Of a DNA stretch of 64,000 bases, positions 29,440 to 40,779 are shown piece after piece; within the stretch, counting starts at the first letter, position 1, and each line of letters starts with the position of its first letter. The notes under the pieces were generated by a model. That model was not told the origin of the DNA, ran no database searches, and worked only from the letters and a program-made list of their open reading frames with translations. The stretch comes from an uncultured Pelagibacteraceae bacterium. Lineage in GTDB: Bacteria > Pseudomonadota > Alphaproteobacteria > Pelagibacterales > Pelagibacteraceae. Location of the stretch: NCBI GenBank assembly GCA_902582235.1, contig CACHQX010000001.1, positions 80,768 through 144,767 of the forward strand, written 5' to 3'. The position numbers and the translations under genes are program-made.

Positions 29440-30563
29440 AAATTTTTCACAACTTCGCCACCTGTAGTAGGACTTTTACATCCCGTAGTATCAGGAAACG
29501 ATATTGGCAAGTTCAAGAAACTTCTAATTGCTAAAAATGCAAATGCTTGGGACTCTACGTAGTCTCCATCTACCCCAAAATCATCTATTAGTTCAATTAC
29601 TAAGTTTTTTGATATTGTAGAGTTTAGATTTTGAATTAAAGATTTATTCTTTCTTCCACCTCCAGATACTAAAACTTTACATGACTTGTTAATTTTATTA
29701 CTCAATAAAGAAGATAGACCACCTGCAATTATTGTCCCGGATAAGTCTGTTAAAGTTGCGGCTCCGTCTTCAAAACTTACACCTCTTAAAAAGTTTATAT
29801 CAAAGTCTTTAGTGTCAAAGGAAAGTCTATTCTTATCAGGTCTATTATCAAAATTATCTAGAGCTTGGTTTAACATTAAATCATTTGTTTTACCCATTGC
29901 TGCATAAGCACCATCTTTGTCAAAATTTCCCTTTTTGTTTTTTCTGACCCATGCATCAATTAAGCAATTTCCCGGTCCTAAATCTCTACTCTTTAGATTA
30001 TTTTGCTCATAATCCTCAATTATTGTAACATTGGAAATTCCGCCAATGTTCAATATACATACAGGTAATTCAATTTTATTTTGTTTTACTAATACATTGT
30101 GAAAAATAGGTGCTAGTGGTGCTCCTTCACCACCATTTTGAATATCCTTTTGTCTAAAATCATTAACGACGGTTGTCTGTGTTAGCTGTGATAAAAGTTT
30201 ACCATCTCCTAGTTGTTTGGAGATTTTCTTAGATGGATCGTGAAATATTGTTTGGCCATGAAAACCTACAAAATTAATTTTTATCTTTGTATTTTTAACT
30301 ATATCCATTACTACTTTTGAGTGAAAAATGGTTAATTCTTTTTCCAAAGCTTTAAGCTCAGTGGAATATGTTTCAAGATCAGTGACAGTATTAATTTTAT
30401 CTTTGAGTGAGTGTATTTTTTGACTTAAGTTATTTTCATATTCATAATACTTATTAATTTCTACTTTATAATTTGAATTACCATCAGAATTTATTAAAGA
30501 TGCATCAACTCCATCGCCAGATGTACCACTCATTAACCCAAGACTATAGTAATTTTTAGACAT
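29436..30563 (-). CDS. anmK: Anhydro-N-acetylmuramic acid kinase
   Basis: GLMSGTS.DGVD, HGQT, GGEGAPL, NIGGISN, GPGN, EsQAFA. Confidence 0.95.
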   Translation of the reverse strand: MSKNYYSLGLMSGTSGDGVDASLINSDGNSNYKVEINKYYEYENNLSQKIHSLKDKINTVTDLETYSTELKALEKELTIFHSKVVMDIVKNTKIKINFVGFHGQTIFHDPSKKISKQLGDGKLLSQLTQTTVVNDFRQKDIQNGGEGAPLAPIFHNVLVKQNKIELPVCILNIGGISNVTIIEDYEQNNLKSRDLGPGNCLIDAWVRKNKKGNFDKDGAYAAMGKTNDLMLNQALDNFDNRPDKNRLSFDTKDFDINFLRGVSFEDGAATLTDLSGTIIAGGLSSLLSNKINKSCKVLVSGGGRKNKSLIQNLNSTISKNLVIELIDDFGVDGDYVESQAFAFLAIRSFLNLPISFPDTTGCKSPTTGGEVVKNF

Positions 30564-30624
30564 AATATTTATTTTTTAATTAAGTTAATATAGGTATATT
30601 GAAACTGACTTATTTTATAAAAAA

Positions 30625-31857
30625 ATGAAAAATTCATTCCTTAAAGAGTTTAATGAAAGAGAATATTTTAATCAATGTACTAATTTAGAATCCCTAAACG
30701 GGTTAATGGATAAGAAAAAAATAAGGGCATATATTGGTTTTGACTGCACCGCTCAAAGCTTACACGTTGGAAGCTTGCTTCAAATAATGTGTTTAAGATT
30801 GTTACAAAAACATGGACACCAACCAATTATATTACTTGGAGGGGGAACTACAAGAATAGGCGATCCCTCAGGAAAAGAAGAAACAAGAAAAATTCTTACG
30901 GAAAAAGAAATCGAAAAGAACATAAAAAATATCAAAAAAGTTTTTTCAATATTTTTAGACAATAAAAATTCAAAAACACGTCCTATTTATGTAAACAATT
31001 ATAAGTGGCTTGGAAAACTAAATTATATAAAATTTTTAAGAGAAATCGGAAAACATTTCACGATTAATAAAATGCTAAGTTTTGATAGTGTTAAACTTAG
31101 ATTGGAAAGAGAGCAGTCTTTAAGCTACATGGAATTTAATTATATGATACTGCAAGCATATGATTTTTTAGAACTTAACAAAACTAAAAATTGTTTAATG
31201 CAAATTGGTGGTTCTGATCAATGGGGTAATATCGTGAATGGTGTAGAGTTAGTAAAAAGATATTCAAGTAAGCAAGTTTATGGTTTAACAACACCATTAA
31301 TTACTTTGGCGTCTGGAGCAAAAATGGGGAAAACTGAAAAGGGAGCTGTTTGGTTAGATAAAAAACTTTTATCATCTTATGACTACTGGCAATTTTGGCG
31401 AAATACAGATGATAGAGATGTTGTTAAATTTTTGAAGATGTTTACTGATAAGGATGTTTCTGAAATTGAAAGTATTAAAGAAAAAAATATAAATGATTTA
31501 AAAACTCTTTTAGCAAATGAAGCCACTATCCTTTTACATGGCAAGGCAGCTGCATTAAAAGCTTCAGAGACAGCAAAAAAAACATTCGCGGGTGGCTCAG
31601 GAGATGAGTTACCAGTAATAAAAATAAAAAAAGATCAAATTAATAATGGCTTAAATATAATTGATCTCTCTATCAAAACTAATTTGTTTAGTTCAAAAAG
31701 TGAGATTAGAAGAACAATAAAAAATTCTGGTTTAAAAATAAATAACTCTACAGTTACTGATGAAAATTTAGTAATTAATGTATCTGACTTTGAAGATGAC
31801 GTTTTAAAACTTTCTCATGGTAAGAAAAATCACGTTTTAATAAAAATTATTGGCTAG
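30625..31857 (+). CDS. tyrS: Tyrosine--tRNA ligase
   Basis: YIGFDCTAQSLHVG, IGDPSG, QIGGSDQWGN, KMGKT, C-terminal S4 domain. Confidence 0.97.
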   Translation: MKNSFLKEFNEREYFNQCTNLESLNGLMDKKKIRAYIGFDCTAQSLHVGSLLQIMCLRLLQKHGHQPIILLGGGTTRIGDPSGKEETRKILTEKEIEKNIKNIKKVFSIFLDNKNSKTRPIYVNNYKWLGKLNYIKFLREIGKHFTINKMLSFDSVKLRLEREQSLSYMEFNYMILQAYDFLELNKTKNCLMQIGGSDQWGNIVNGVELVKRYSSKQVYGLTTPLITLASGAKMGKTEKGAVWLDKKLLSSYDYWQFWRNTDDRDVVKFLKMFTDKDVSEIESIKEKNINDLKTLLANEATILLHGKAAALKASETAKKTFAGGSGDELPVIKIKKDQINNGLNIIDLSIKTNLFSSKSEIRRTIKNSGLKINNSTVTDENLVINVSDFEDDVLKLSHGKKNHVLIKIIG

Positions 31858-34051
31858 ATTTTTTTATTTTCTCTAAAGTTCTCGTAATAAATCTAGGAGT
31901 TAAAGTTTTAATAGGATTTACTGTTGTTTTTAAATCATCTGGATAGCCTTTGATCTTAAAACTAACTCCAAATACGCCCTCTCCTGCTTTTTTGCCAACA
32001 AGTAAATCTCCAATAACTGGAATTGAACCTATAACTTTATTTACAGTAGTTGCGGGTACCAATGTACCTCTTAGACTAACCAAATCATCTTTTTGAATAT
32101 ACCCATCCATTAATATAGATATCGAAGGCCCTAAAGAATAGATTTCCTCAATCGTCATAAGCCCATCTTTGTTATTAAAAATCATTTCAAATTCGTTAAA
32201 CCTAATACCTTCTCCTGTCAAAAGATCTGCAATTCCTTGTAAAGATGCTAGGGTAAGTAATTTTGTTAATGCAGGTACTTCTTTTAATTTAAAATCAAAA
32301 ATTTTTAAATTTGAACTTGAAACTTTATTTTTTTCAATAGAGTCAAACTTTAAATAACCACCCTCAAAGCCTTTTATAAAATCATATTTTTTTACTAAAG
32401 GTTTTGCATTACCCGCAAATAAGTCTGTTATCCTTTCATTGTTTGAATTTGTCTTTATTGAAAGTTTTAAGTCTTCTTTTGTTAAAAATTGAGAGGATAA
32501 AACTAAATCTTTTATTTGATTATTATTAACAATTATATCTGCTTTGAAACTAGTTAAATAATCTTCATTCGTAATATAAATGGTATCAAAGTTTAATAAA
32601 ATTTTAGAGTTTAATTTTTCAAAAACATCAAAAAAATTTCCCTCACTCTTTGAAAATAATATTCTATCAAGGATTTTTGCTCCATCAAATATTTTACTAC
32701 TGATTGAGTAATTACTTTTTTTTCTTTTTATATTCAATTGACTGACTTGATCATTATTATTAACGAGATTAACGTCAACTTGGTCAATTCTTTTTAATCT
32801 TTTATTAGAATTTAAATTGATATTTTTAACTTTAATAAAATTTTTAGTCTCAGCGAAGTTTATTTTATTAAAAAAGACCGAATTATTCTTGTTTACAACT
32901 CCTTCCGCAATAAGATTGCTTTTAACACCTTTTTTTTTTGTATAATTCAAAAGTTCAAGATTTAACGCGTTACTTTTGACCTCAAAATCTGTTTTAAAAA
33001 AAATTTTATCTTTTTTCTTCTCAATTGAATAACTTAGGCTATCTGTATCTTCATTAATATTTAATTTACTATCTCCTGATATTTTATAATTTCCATTTTG
33101 ATAATCTAAATTTACAACATTATTTTCAAATTTTACTCCATCTTTATAACCTGGAAAAAATTCCTTTAAGCTAAAGTTCGGGTATTCCAAGCTTTCTATA
33201 TTAAATTTTGAATTTGCTTTAATATTTGAAAATTTAAACTTTTTACTTAACTCAAAAGAAAACTTGTTATTTGAGGAAAATACAATTTTGTCATTTTTAA
33301 TTCTCTCAAAATCAAGTTGGAATATTTTTGATATCGTTTTAAGACTAAGATCATCTTTAGATGTGGAAATGTTGCCGTTAAATAAAAAGGCGTTGTCTTT
33401 TTCTTTTATTCGAATTTCGTCTGATTTAAATTTTATATCTTGATAAAAGGATGAAGCATTGTAAATGATGTAATCATTATTTTTTAAGATGAAACCAAAT
33501 TTAATATTCTCAATAATATCTTTATTTAGTAATCTTAATTTAACATTTTCAAGATCACCATCTATTACATAATCTTTTAAGATGCTGCCGTCCTCAGAAA
33601 AGTTTATCTTAGCTTCTAAGGAAATATCTCCAGATTTCACCATCTTTTTTAAAATAAATAATTGAGGAGTATTTTGAAAGCCTCTGCCAAACTCAATTAA
33701 ATCTTTTACCTTATTTTTTTTTGTAATAAATTTAAGATTTTCTATTTTTGCTTCTTGAGTAAAAATAGATAACAAAGGTAAAGCAGTGCTTATACTTTGT
33801 AACTCTATTTTGTTTTTTTTATAGAATATTATTGGATTTTTTGTTTTAGCCTCTAATTTAAAACTTCCTATATCTAGAAAAATCTTAATCTTATTTAATT
33901 GTACGTCGAAATCACTATCTCTCTGTGATATTTTCTCATTGATAATTCCATTAAGCTTATCAGTATTTATTCCGTAAAAGCTTAAATAAACACAAAATGA
34001 AATTATTAAGAAAATTGTGATAAGTAATATTTGAGAAAGTTTTTTAAGCAT
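31847..34051 (-). CDS. AsmA-like/YhdP-like (DUF3971) envelope protein
   Basis: N-terminal TM, long beta-rich body, C-terminal GTLVPA...IPVIG.LL.G...EGVFG...VNP..TLTP. Confidence 0.75.
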   Translation of the reverse strand: MLKKLSQILLITIFLIISFCVYLSFYGINTDKLNGIINEKISQRDSDFDVQLNKIKIFLDIGSFKLEAKTKNPIIFYKKNKIELQSISTALPLLSIFTQEAKIENLKFITKKNKVKDLIEFGRGFQNTPQLFILKKMVKSGDISLEAKINFSEDGSILKDYVIDGDLENVKLRLLNKDIIENIKFGFILKNNDYIIYNASSFYQDIKFKSDEIRIKEKDNAFLFNGNISTSKDDLSLKTISKIFQLDFERIKNDKIVFSSNNKFSFELSKKFKFSNIKANSKFNIESLEYPNFSLKEFFPGYKDGVKFENNVVNLDYQNGNYKISGDSKLNINEDTDSLSYSIEKKKDKIFFKTDFEVKSNALNLELLNYTKKKGVKSNLIAEGVVNKNNSVFFNKINFAETKNFIKVKNINLNSNKRLKRIDQVDVNLVNNNDQVSQLNIKRKKSNYSISSKIFDGAKILDRILFSKSEGNFFDVFEKLNSKILLNFDTIYITNEDYLTSFKADIIVNNNQIKDLVLSSQFLTKEDLKLSIKTNSNNERITDLFAGNAKPLVKKYDFIKGFEGGYLKFDSIEKNKVSSSNLKIFDFKLKEVPALTKLLTLASLQGIADLLTGEGIRFNEFEMIFNNKDGLMTIEEIYSLGPSISILMDGYIQKDDLVSLRGTLVPATTVNKVIGSIPVIGDLLVGKKAGEGVFGVSFKIKGYPDDLKTTVNPIKTLTPRFITRTLEKIKKSSQ

Positions 34052-35142
34052 CTAGTTTAAATAGAGAGTTTTCTAAAAAGCTATCTATATCTCCGTCTAA
34101 TATCTTTTGTGGATCACTTGATTCATGATTAGTCCTATTGTCTTTAACTAATCGATATGGGTGCAAGACATATGATCTTATTTGATGACCCCAACCTATG
34201 TCTTTTTTAGAGTCTTGTTTGTTTTCGTTTTCTTTTTCTCTCTTTTCCAATTCAAAATTATATAATCTTGCTTTAAGCATTTGCATACAAGTTTCTTTAT
34301 TTTTATGCTGGGATCTTTCATTTTGACACTGTACGACTATTTTTGTTGGAAGATGCGTAATCCTGACTGCGCTGTCAGTAGTATTTACGTGCTGTCCACC
34401 CGCTCCACTAGATCTGTATGTATCAATTCTTAGGTCTTTTTCAAAAATTTCAACATCAATATTCTCATCAACTACAGGGTAAACCCAAACACTTGCAAAA
34501 CTTGTATGCCTTCTAGCACCGGAGTCAAAAGGCGATATTCTTACTAATCTATGAATTCCAGACTCTGTTTTGAGCCATCCAAAAACATAATCGCCAGATA
34601 TTTTTATTGTTGATGATTTGAGACCTGCTTCATCACCTTTATGTTCACTAATAATATGGTTTTTAAATTCTTTTGACTGAGCCCATTTCATATACATTCT
34701 TCTAAGCATCTCTGCCCAGTCTTGACTTTCTGTTCCCCCAGCACCAGCATGAATTTCTAAAAAACAATCATTGCTATCAGTTTCTTTTGAAAGAAAACAT
34801 TTAATCTCATTTTTCTTAACTGTATTTTTAAGGTTTTTAATATTTTCTAATGTTTCTTGAATTAAATTCTTATTATTTTCCTCTAAAGCTAGATTATAAA
34901 ATTCTTCTAACTCTTTTAAATATTTGGTGGTTTCTGTATAAGAATTTATTAAAGTTTCATGGAATTTTTTTTCTTTAAGAACTTTTTGAGCTTCAGATTT
35001 ATCCTTCCAGAAATTTTCCGATAAAATTAAGTTATTATAATTTTCTATTTTTTTTTCAAAGTCATGCTTTTCAAAGATACTCCTTTATTCTTTGATTAAC
35101 TTTGATGACTTCAGTCTTATTTTGAAAGAATTCTTCACTCAT
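34044..35142 (-). CDS. prfB: Peptide chain release factor 2 (+1 programmed frameshift after Leu23)
   Basis: ORF1 MSEEFF...KEYL then CTT TGA A at 35076-35070; the +1 frame is open through AGAGGTESQDW, ISPF and GGQ to the stop at 34044; about 365 aa. Confidence 0.95.
35070..35085 (-). promoter_or_regulatory. prfB frameshift cassette (internal SD plus slippery CUU UGA)
   Basis: Minus strand reads AAGGAG-TAT-CTT-TGA-A. Confidence 0.9.
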
Positions 35143-37484
35143 TAATAAAATCTTAATATATTATTATTGTTAAATCTATTATTAATTTTTTTCGATATAT
35201 TAGTTTTTTCTAGATCTTTATTGCTCTTAAAAGACTCTATTAATGTTTTCTTAGAAGCAAAGCTTACTTTTTTTCCAGTTTTAGAATCAACAACCATCAT
35301 AGTAATGTTTTCAGGTACTTTAAATGGTCTTGTGTTTTCTTTTTTCAAAGCTGATTTTATAAAACTTTTAAATATTGGCATCGCTGTTTTAGCTCCAGTT
35401 TCAAATTTTCCAAGTGATTTTGGTTCATCATAACCTACATAAACACCTATAACTAAATCTGATGTAAAACCTATAAACCAGGTATCTGTATTTTTGTTTG
35501 TTGTTCCAGTTTTACCGGCAAGATCCATTTTTAAATCTCTTAATTTTTTTGCTGTCCCAGTTTTAGTTGCTCCCTCTAAAATTGATGTAATTTGATATGC
35601 GGTCTGGGGTGAGAAAATTTGTTTGGAGTCATCTTTAATTTCAGGCACATCATTACTTTGTATAGATACATCCTCACAATTTTTACATTTTCTTACCTCA
35701 GTTTTATAAATTGTGTTTCCTTCACTGTCTTGAATTCTATCTATAAGCTTTGGTTCTATTAATTTTCCACCATTTACAAATGAACAATACGCACTTGTTA
35801 ATTTTAGCAATGTAGTCTCAGCAGATCCTAAGGAAATTGATAGTAATTCATTTGGATTTTCATATATTCCAAGTTCTTTAGAAATTTTGGTAATCTTTTT
35901 AAGACCCAAGTCCTGTGAAATTCTCACAGTCATGAGGTTTCTTGATTTCTCAAGACCCATTCTTAAAGTTGACGGACCATAAAATTTCTTTCCATAATTT
36001 TCAGGTTTCCACATTTTTAAATCTGTTCCTTGTTCTAAGACTAATGGTGCATCTAAAACTAATGTTGATGGAGTATAGCCATTTTCTAAAGCAGCTGCGT
36101 AAACAAAAGGTTTGAATGCAGATCCTGGCTGTCTTTGTGCTTGGGTTGCTCTATTAAATTCACTTTGATTAAAACTAAAACCGCCACTCAGAGCTAGAAC
36201 TCTACCGTTGTATGGGTCCATTACTACGATTGCTCCATTTGCAGTTGGAAGTTGTTTTAAAATGTACTCATTAGACCCATCTTTTTTTTTTACATAAATA
36301 ATATCCCCTTCTTTGAAAGAGGTATTTTTTTTTCTTGTCCATTTAATATTTTCATTAGTGATATAACCAGTGTCTCCATCTGAAGTTACTATTTCAAAGT
36401 TTGAAATACCAATTTTCGTAACTCTTGCAATTTTCCAATTTAGAGTTTTTTCAAGTTTCTTTAATTTTATCTTACTGGGCCAATCTTTTATGCTAAGATT
36501 TATATTTTGAATTGGTCCCCTCCATCCTCTTCTTCTATCATATTTCTCTATACCCTCGCGCAATGAATTTGTTGCTAATTTTTGAAGTCCTAGATTTAGA
36601 GGTGTTTTAATATTTAATCCCTCTTTATAAACTTTGTCATAACCTAACTGTTTGATTGTATTTTTTCGTATTTCTTCAACATAATATCTAGAATCCTCTA
36701 AAAAAACTTTTTCTCTTTTCTTTAATTTAATCTTGGAACTTTTTAATTCTTCATATTTTTTTTTTTCTATATAATTATTATCAAGTAGATTCTTTAAAAC
36801 TAAATCTCTTCTAAATTTGGCAAGTTTTTTGTTTTTGTATGGATTGTATCTGCTTGGCGCTTTTGGTAAAGCTGCTAATAAAGCAGCCTCTACGTATTGA
36901 AGCTCATCTACAGATTTATCAAAATACTCTAAGCTTGCAGATGCAATACCATAAGTTCCTTGACCTAAATAAATTTGATTTAGATAAAGTTCAAGAATTC
37001 GTTCTTTGCTCAAACTTCTTTCTATTCTGAATGCTAATATGGCCTCTTTAAGTTTCCTATTTAAACTGACTTCATTAGATAATAAAAAATTTTTCGCTAC
37101 TTGTTGGGTAATTGTTGAAGCGCCCTCTAACCTTCTTGAATTTAGTATATTTGAGAAATTCTTTATAACTGCTCTTAAAACACCCTTTGCATCTACACCA
37201 GGATGATCAAAGAAATTCTTATCCTCAGCTGAAAGAAATGCATTTATAACTTTAGGCGGAATCGAATTATAAGGTATGAAAATTCTTTTTTCTGATGAAA
37301 AATCTTGAATTAAATCTCCATCTCCTGAGTAAACTTTACTAGATACTGGTGCTTTATAATTTTTTAAAAACTTATAATCAGGTAAATCATTAGAAAAACC
37401 CCACAATATTGAAACTGTTACAATCAATAATAGTAAAATTGATGAGAGAAAAATCGTTAATGTTTTTTTAAAATACTTACTCAT
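35142..37484 (-). CDS. mrcA: Penicillin-binding protein 1A
   Basis: EDKNFF.H.GVD, GASTITQQ, RQPGSAFKP (SxxK), SRN, KTGT. Confidence 0.95.
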   Translation of the reverse strand: MSKYFKKTLTIFLSSILLLLIVTVSILWGFSNDLPDYKFLKNYKAPVSSKVYSGDGDLIQDFSSEKRIFIPYNSIPPKVINAFLSAEDKNFFDHPGVDAKGVLRAVIKNFSNILNSRRLEGASTITQQVAKNFLLSNEVSLNRKLKEAILAFRIERSLSKERILELYLNQIYLGQGTYGIASASLEYFDKSVDELQYVEAALLAALPKAPSRYNPYKNKKLAKFRRDLVLKNLLDNNYIEKKKYEELKSSKIKLKKREKVFLEDSRYYVEEIRKNTIKQLGYDKVYKEGLNIKTPLNLGLQKLATNSLREGIEKYDRRRGWRGPIQNINLSIKDWPSKIKLKKLEKTLNWKIARVTKIGISNFEIVTSDGDTGYITNENIKWTRKKNTSFKEGDIIYVKKKDGSNEYILKQLPTANGAIVVMDPYNGRVLALSGGFSFNQSEFNRATQAQRQPGSAFKPFVYAAALENGYTPSTLVLDAPLVLEQGTDLKMWKPENYGKKFYGPSTLRMGLEKSRNLMTVRISQDLGLKKITKISKELGIYENPNELLSISLGSAETTLLKLTSAYCSFVNGGKLIEPKLIDRIQDSEGNTIYKTEVRKCKNCEDVSIQSNDVPEIKDDSKQIFSPQTAYQITSILEGATKTGTAKKLRDLKMDLAGKTGTTNKNTDTWFIGFTSDLVIGVYVGYDEPKSLGKFETGAKTAMPIFKSFIKSALKKENTRPFKVPENITMMVVDSKTGKKVSFASKKTLIESFKSNKDLEKTNISKKINNRFNNNNILRFY

Positions 37485-37565
37485 TTTAGTTTCATTTAAT
37501 TCATGAATTTGTTAAAGATAAGGCATCAGAATTTAAAAAAAAATGAAAAATTTAACTCTAATACT

Positions 37566-39332
37566 ATGGAAAAGAATTTATACATTGATGCTTCGCATCC
37601 GGATGAAACACGCGTTGTTCTTAAAGAAAACGGAAATATTGAAGACTATGAATATGAAGGTATAAAAAATACTCTCATAAAAAACAATATTTACTTAGGA
37701 AAAGTTAGTAGAATCGAACCTTCACTCCAAGCTGCTTTTGTTGATTTTGGTAGAGATAGACATGGATTTTTGTCATTTAATGATATTCAATCAGATTATT
37801 ACCAAATACCTTCAAGTGATTTAGAAAAAATAAAAGAAGAGGAAAAACAGGTAAGAGAAGAATTAGCAAAACAAAGTGAAAAAGAAGAGTCAGAAATTGA
37901 TAATGATAAAAATGATAATGAGGCTGTTGAGAAAAAGCCAGAAGTAGAAAATCAAAATGAAGGACATTTTAGGCAAAGCAAAGCTCCTTCAAAGAGATAT
38001 AAAATTCAAGAGGTTATAAAACCAAATCAAGTTATATTAGTTCAAGTTTTGAAGGATGAGAGAGGATTAAAGGGTGCGGCTCTATCAACTTTTATATCTA
38101 TCGCAGGGAAATACATAGTCTTAATGCCAAACACACCAAAAGGAGGTGGAATTTCAAGAAAAATTTTCAACACTGGTGAAAGAAAAAAAATTAGGTCAAT
38201 ATTAAATGAAATAACCATTCCGAAAGAAATGGGATTGATTGTTAGAACTGCTGGATCAAATAAAAGTAAAAATGAAATTAATCATGATCTGCAAAGTTTA
38301 ATTAAATCTTGGGAGACAATTAAGGAAAATGCAATGAACTCAATTGCGCCTAAATTGATTCACCAGGAAAGTGACATCATAAAGAGAACTCTGAGAGATA
38401 TTTACGATGATGAAACTCAAAATATAATTATAGATGGTAATGAAGGATATCAAAAAGCAAAAAACTTTATGAAAATTTTAATGCCTAGTCACGTCAAAAA
38501 AATAAAAAAATATAGAGATAAAATTCCATTATTTATAAAAGAAAATATTGAGAATAAATTAAATGATATTTATGATACGAAGGTTAAATTATCTTCGGGT
38601 GGTTATTTAGTTATTAATCCTACAGAGGCTTTGGTTTCGATTGATATTAACTCCGGAAAGTCAATAAGACAAAAAAATGTTGAAAGCACTGCGTTAGATA
38701 CCAACCTTGAAGCGGCGGAGGAAATTGCAAGACAAATTAAAATAAGGGATCTCTCCGGACTAATTATAATAGATTTTATTGATATGATGAGCTTCGGTAA
38801 CAGAAGACAGGTAGAAAGACGTTTAAAAGAGAGGTGTAGAAAAGACAGGGCGAGAATTCAAATTGGAAGAATAAGTAGTTTTGGATTGCTTGAAATGTCT
38901 CGTCAAAGATTAAGAGAAAGCAGTGTTCAGTGGAATATATCCCTCACAAATGAGTCATTTGCTCAAAAAGTTATTAAAATTATTGAGATTAACGCGATAA
39001 AAAATAAAGCGAAATCTGTTGAGATTACTATACCAGAAAAAATCAAAAATTTTCTAAGTGAAAATTTCAAAGAAGATTTACTTTATATTGAAAAAAAAAA
39101 TAAAATTAAAATAACTTTTAAAGGAGATTTATCCCTTTTGGTACCTGAATATAAAATTGAATTTTTAAATAAAAGCAAAAAGATTCTTGAGAATATTGAA
39201 AATTCGATAGAATTAAAAAAAATTACCGTTGAAAAGAAAATAAAAAAAAATCTTAAAATTAAATCTAAATATAAATCAAAAAATTTCAAAAAGAAAAAAT
39301 TCTTTAGGAAAAATAGAAGTAAAAAAAACTAA
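37566..39332 (+). CDS. rne: Ribonuclease E/G family endoribonuclease
   Basis: [50 protein letters not shown]; start MEKNLYIDA at 37566. Confidence 0.93.
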   Translation: MEKNLYIDASHPDETRVVLKENGNIEDYEYEGIKNTLIKNNIYLGKVSRIEPSLQAAFVDFGRDRHGFLSFNDIQSDYYQIPSSDLEKIKEEEKQVREELAKQSEKEESEIDNDKNDNEAVEKKPEVENQNEGHFRQSKAPSKRYKIQEVIKPNQVILVQVLKDERGLKGAALSTFISIAGKYIVLMPNTPKGGGISRKIFNTGERKKIRSILNEITIPKEMGLIVRTAGSNKSKNEINHDLQSLIKSWETIKENAMNSIAPKLIHQESDIIKRTLRDIYDDETQNIIIDGNEGYQKAKNFMKILMPSHVKKIKKYRDKIPLFIKENIENKLNDIYDTKVKLSSGGYLVINPTEALVSIDINSGKSIRQKNVESTALDTNLEAAEEIARQIKIRDLSGLIIIDFIDMMSFGNRRQVERRLKERCRKDRARIQIGRISSFGLLEMSRQRLRESSVQWNISLTNESFAQKVIKIIEINAIKNKAKSVEITIPEKIKNFLSENFKEDLLYIEKKNKIKITFKGDLSLLVPEYKIEFLNKSKKILENIENSIELKKITVEKKIKKNLKIKSKYKSKNFKKKKFFRKNRSKKN

Positions 39333-40099
39333 ATAATCCCTTTATTTGTTGTTGAAGCAGATCCATGTAAAGTTTTTAAAATTCTACCAGAAATAAAAGA
39401 CTTTCTTCCAGCGATAACTGCAAATTTCATTGCTTGAGCCATTTCAAATGGTTTTTTTGCTTTAGCAATAGCTGTATTAATTAAAACTCCATCACAACCC
39501 AATTCCATAGCGATAGCGGCATCTGAGGCTTGACCAATTCCAGCATCAATTATAACAGGTAGTTTTGTTTGAGTTCTGATTATTTTTATATTTGTATAAT
39601 TTTGAATTCCCAATCCAGATCCAATGGGAGCTGCTAATGGCATAATTGCTACTGCCCCTGAATCCTCTAAACGTTTTGCCATTAGAGGATCATCACTACA
39701 ATAGACCATAACTTTAAATCCTTCTTTTGTTAAAATTTCTGTTGATCTTAACGTTTCAATCATGTCTGGAAATAAATTTTTTTTATCACCTAAAACTTCA
39801 AGTTTTACTAATTTCCAGCCCCCTATTTCTCTCGCTAATCGCAAAGTTCTAAGTGCATCCTTTGAAGTGAAACATCCGGCTGTGTTAGGAAGATAAGTTA
39901 TTTTTTTTGGATCAACATAATCCATGAGTAAAGGTTTTTTTTTATCAACTATATTTACTCTTCTAACTGCTACAGTTACTATTTCAGCGCCTGAAAACTT
40001 AATTGCTTTTGCACATTCTGAAAAATTTTTATATTTTCCAGTACCTACAATTAGTCTAGACATAAATTTTTTGTTAGCAATTTTTAAAAAATCCCTCAT
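39329..40099 (-). CDS. thiG: Thiazole synthase
   Basis: [35 protein letters not shown]. Confidence 0.96.
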   Translation of the reverse strand: MRDFLKIANKKFMSRLIVGTGKYKNFSECAKAIKFSGAEIVTVAVRRVNIVDKKKPLLMDYVDPKKITYLPNTAGCFTSKDALRTLRLAREIGGWKLVKLEVLGDKKNLFPDMIETLRSTEILTKEGFKVMVYCSDDPLMAKRLEDSGAVAIMPLAAPIGSGLGIQNYTNIKIIRTQTKLPVIIDAGIGQASDAAIAMELGCDGVLINTAIAKAKKPFEMAQAMKFAVIAGRKSFISGRILKTLHGSASTTNKGII

Positions 40100-40317
40100 T
40101 ACCCTCCTCCAATAAAATGCACGATTTCAATCTTGTCTTTATTTTTTAAATATAAGTTTTTTATTGATCTTTTATTTATTATTTCTTTATTCAATTCAAT
40201 GGCGACTTTGTCGGTTGATAATTTTAAAGATCTTATTAAATCATGAACTGATATTGTCTTTTGTAAGGATCTCGACTTTCCATTCAAAATAATTTTGATT
40301 TTTTTGGTTTTTTTCAT
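40099..40317 (-). CDS. thiS: Sulfur carrier protein ThiS
   Basis: VAIELN, C-terminal [10 protein letters not shown]. Confidence 0.93.
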   Translation of the reverse strand: MKKTKKIKIILNGKSRSLQKTISVHDLIRSLKLSTDKVAIELNKEIINKRSIKNLYLKNKDKIEIVHFIGGG

Positions 40318-40329
40318 TATGTATAACTT

Positions 40330-40779
40330 ATGAGTTTAAATATACTTTTTCTTAACGGCCCAAATATTAATCTATTAGGTCAAAGAGAACAATCACAATA
40401 TGGTTCCATAACCTACGAAGAACTTAAAAAAAAATGTGAGGAAAAATGTAAAGAACTTGATCTTAAAGTTGAGTTTATTCAATCGAATGTCGAGGGTGAA
40501 ATGGTATCTGTAATTCAATCAGCAAATGAAAAATTTGATGGGATTATAATAAATGCTGCAGCATTCACTCACACCTCGGTAGCTATTAGAGACGCATTGG
40601 AAATATACCAAAAAAAGAAAATAGAGGTTCATATATCGAATATTTATAAAAGAGAGGAATTTAGACAAAAATCACTAATTAGTGACGTGGTAAATGGTGG
40701 AATTTTTGGTCTTGGAAGCGAAGGATATATTTTAGCCATAATAGCAATGCATAAACTTTTAAAAAATGAAAATAAATAA
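40330..40779 (+). CDS. aroQ: Type II 3-dehydroquinate dehydratase
   Basis: NGPNINLLG.RE..YG, FTHTSVAIRDA, EVHISN. Confidence 0.95.
   Translation: MSLNILFLNGPNINLLGQREQSQYGSITYEELKKKCEEKCKELDLKVEFIQSNVEGEMVSVIQSANEKFDGIIINAAAFTHTSVAIRDALEIYQKKKIEVHISNIYKREEFRQKSLISDVVNGGIFGLGSEGYILAIIAMHKLLKNENK

Noticed and set aside
34044-34709. prfB appearing as a truncated 221-aa ORF (possible pseudogene)
   Set aside because: Explained by the programmed +1 frameshift; the upstream frame is open and conserved
40318-40329. TPP riboswitch upstream of thiS-thiG
   Set aside because: Only 12 nt of intergenic space and no TPP aptamer motif
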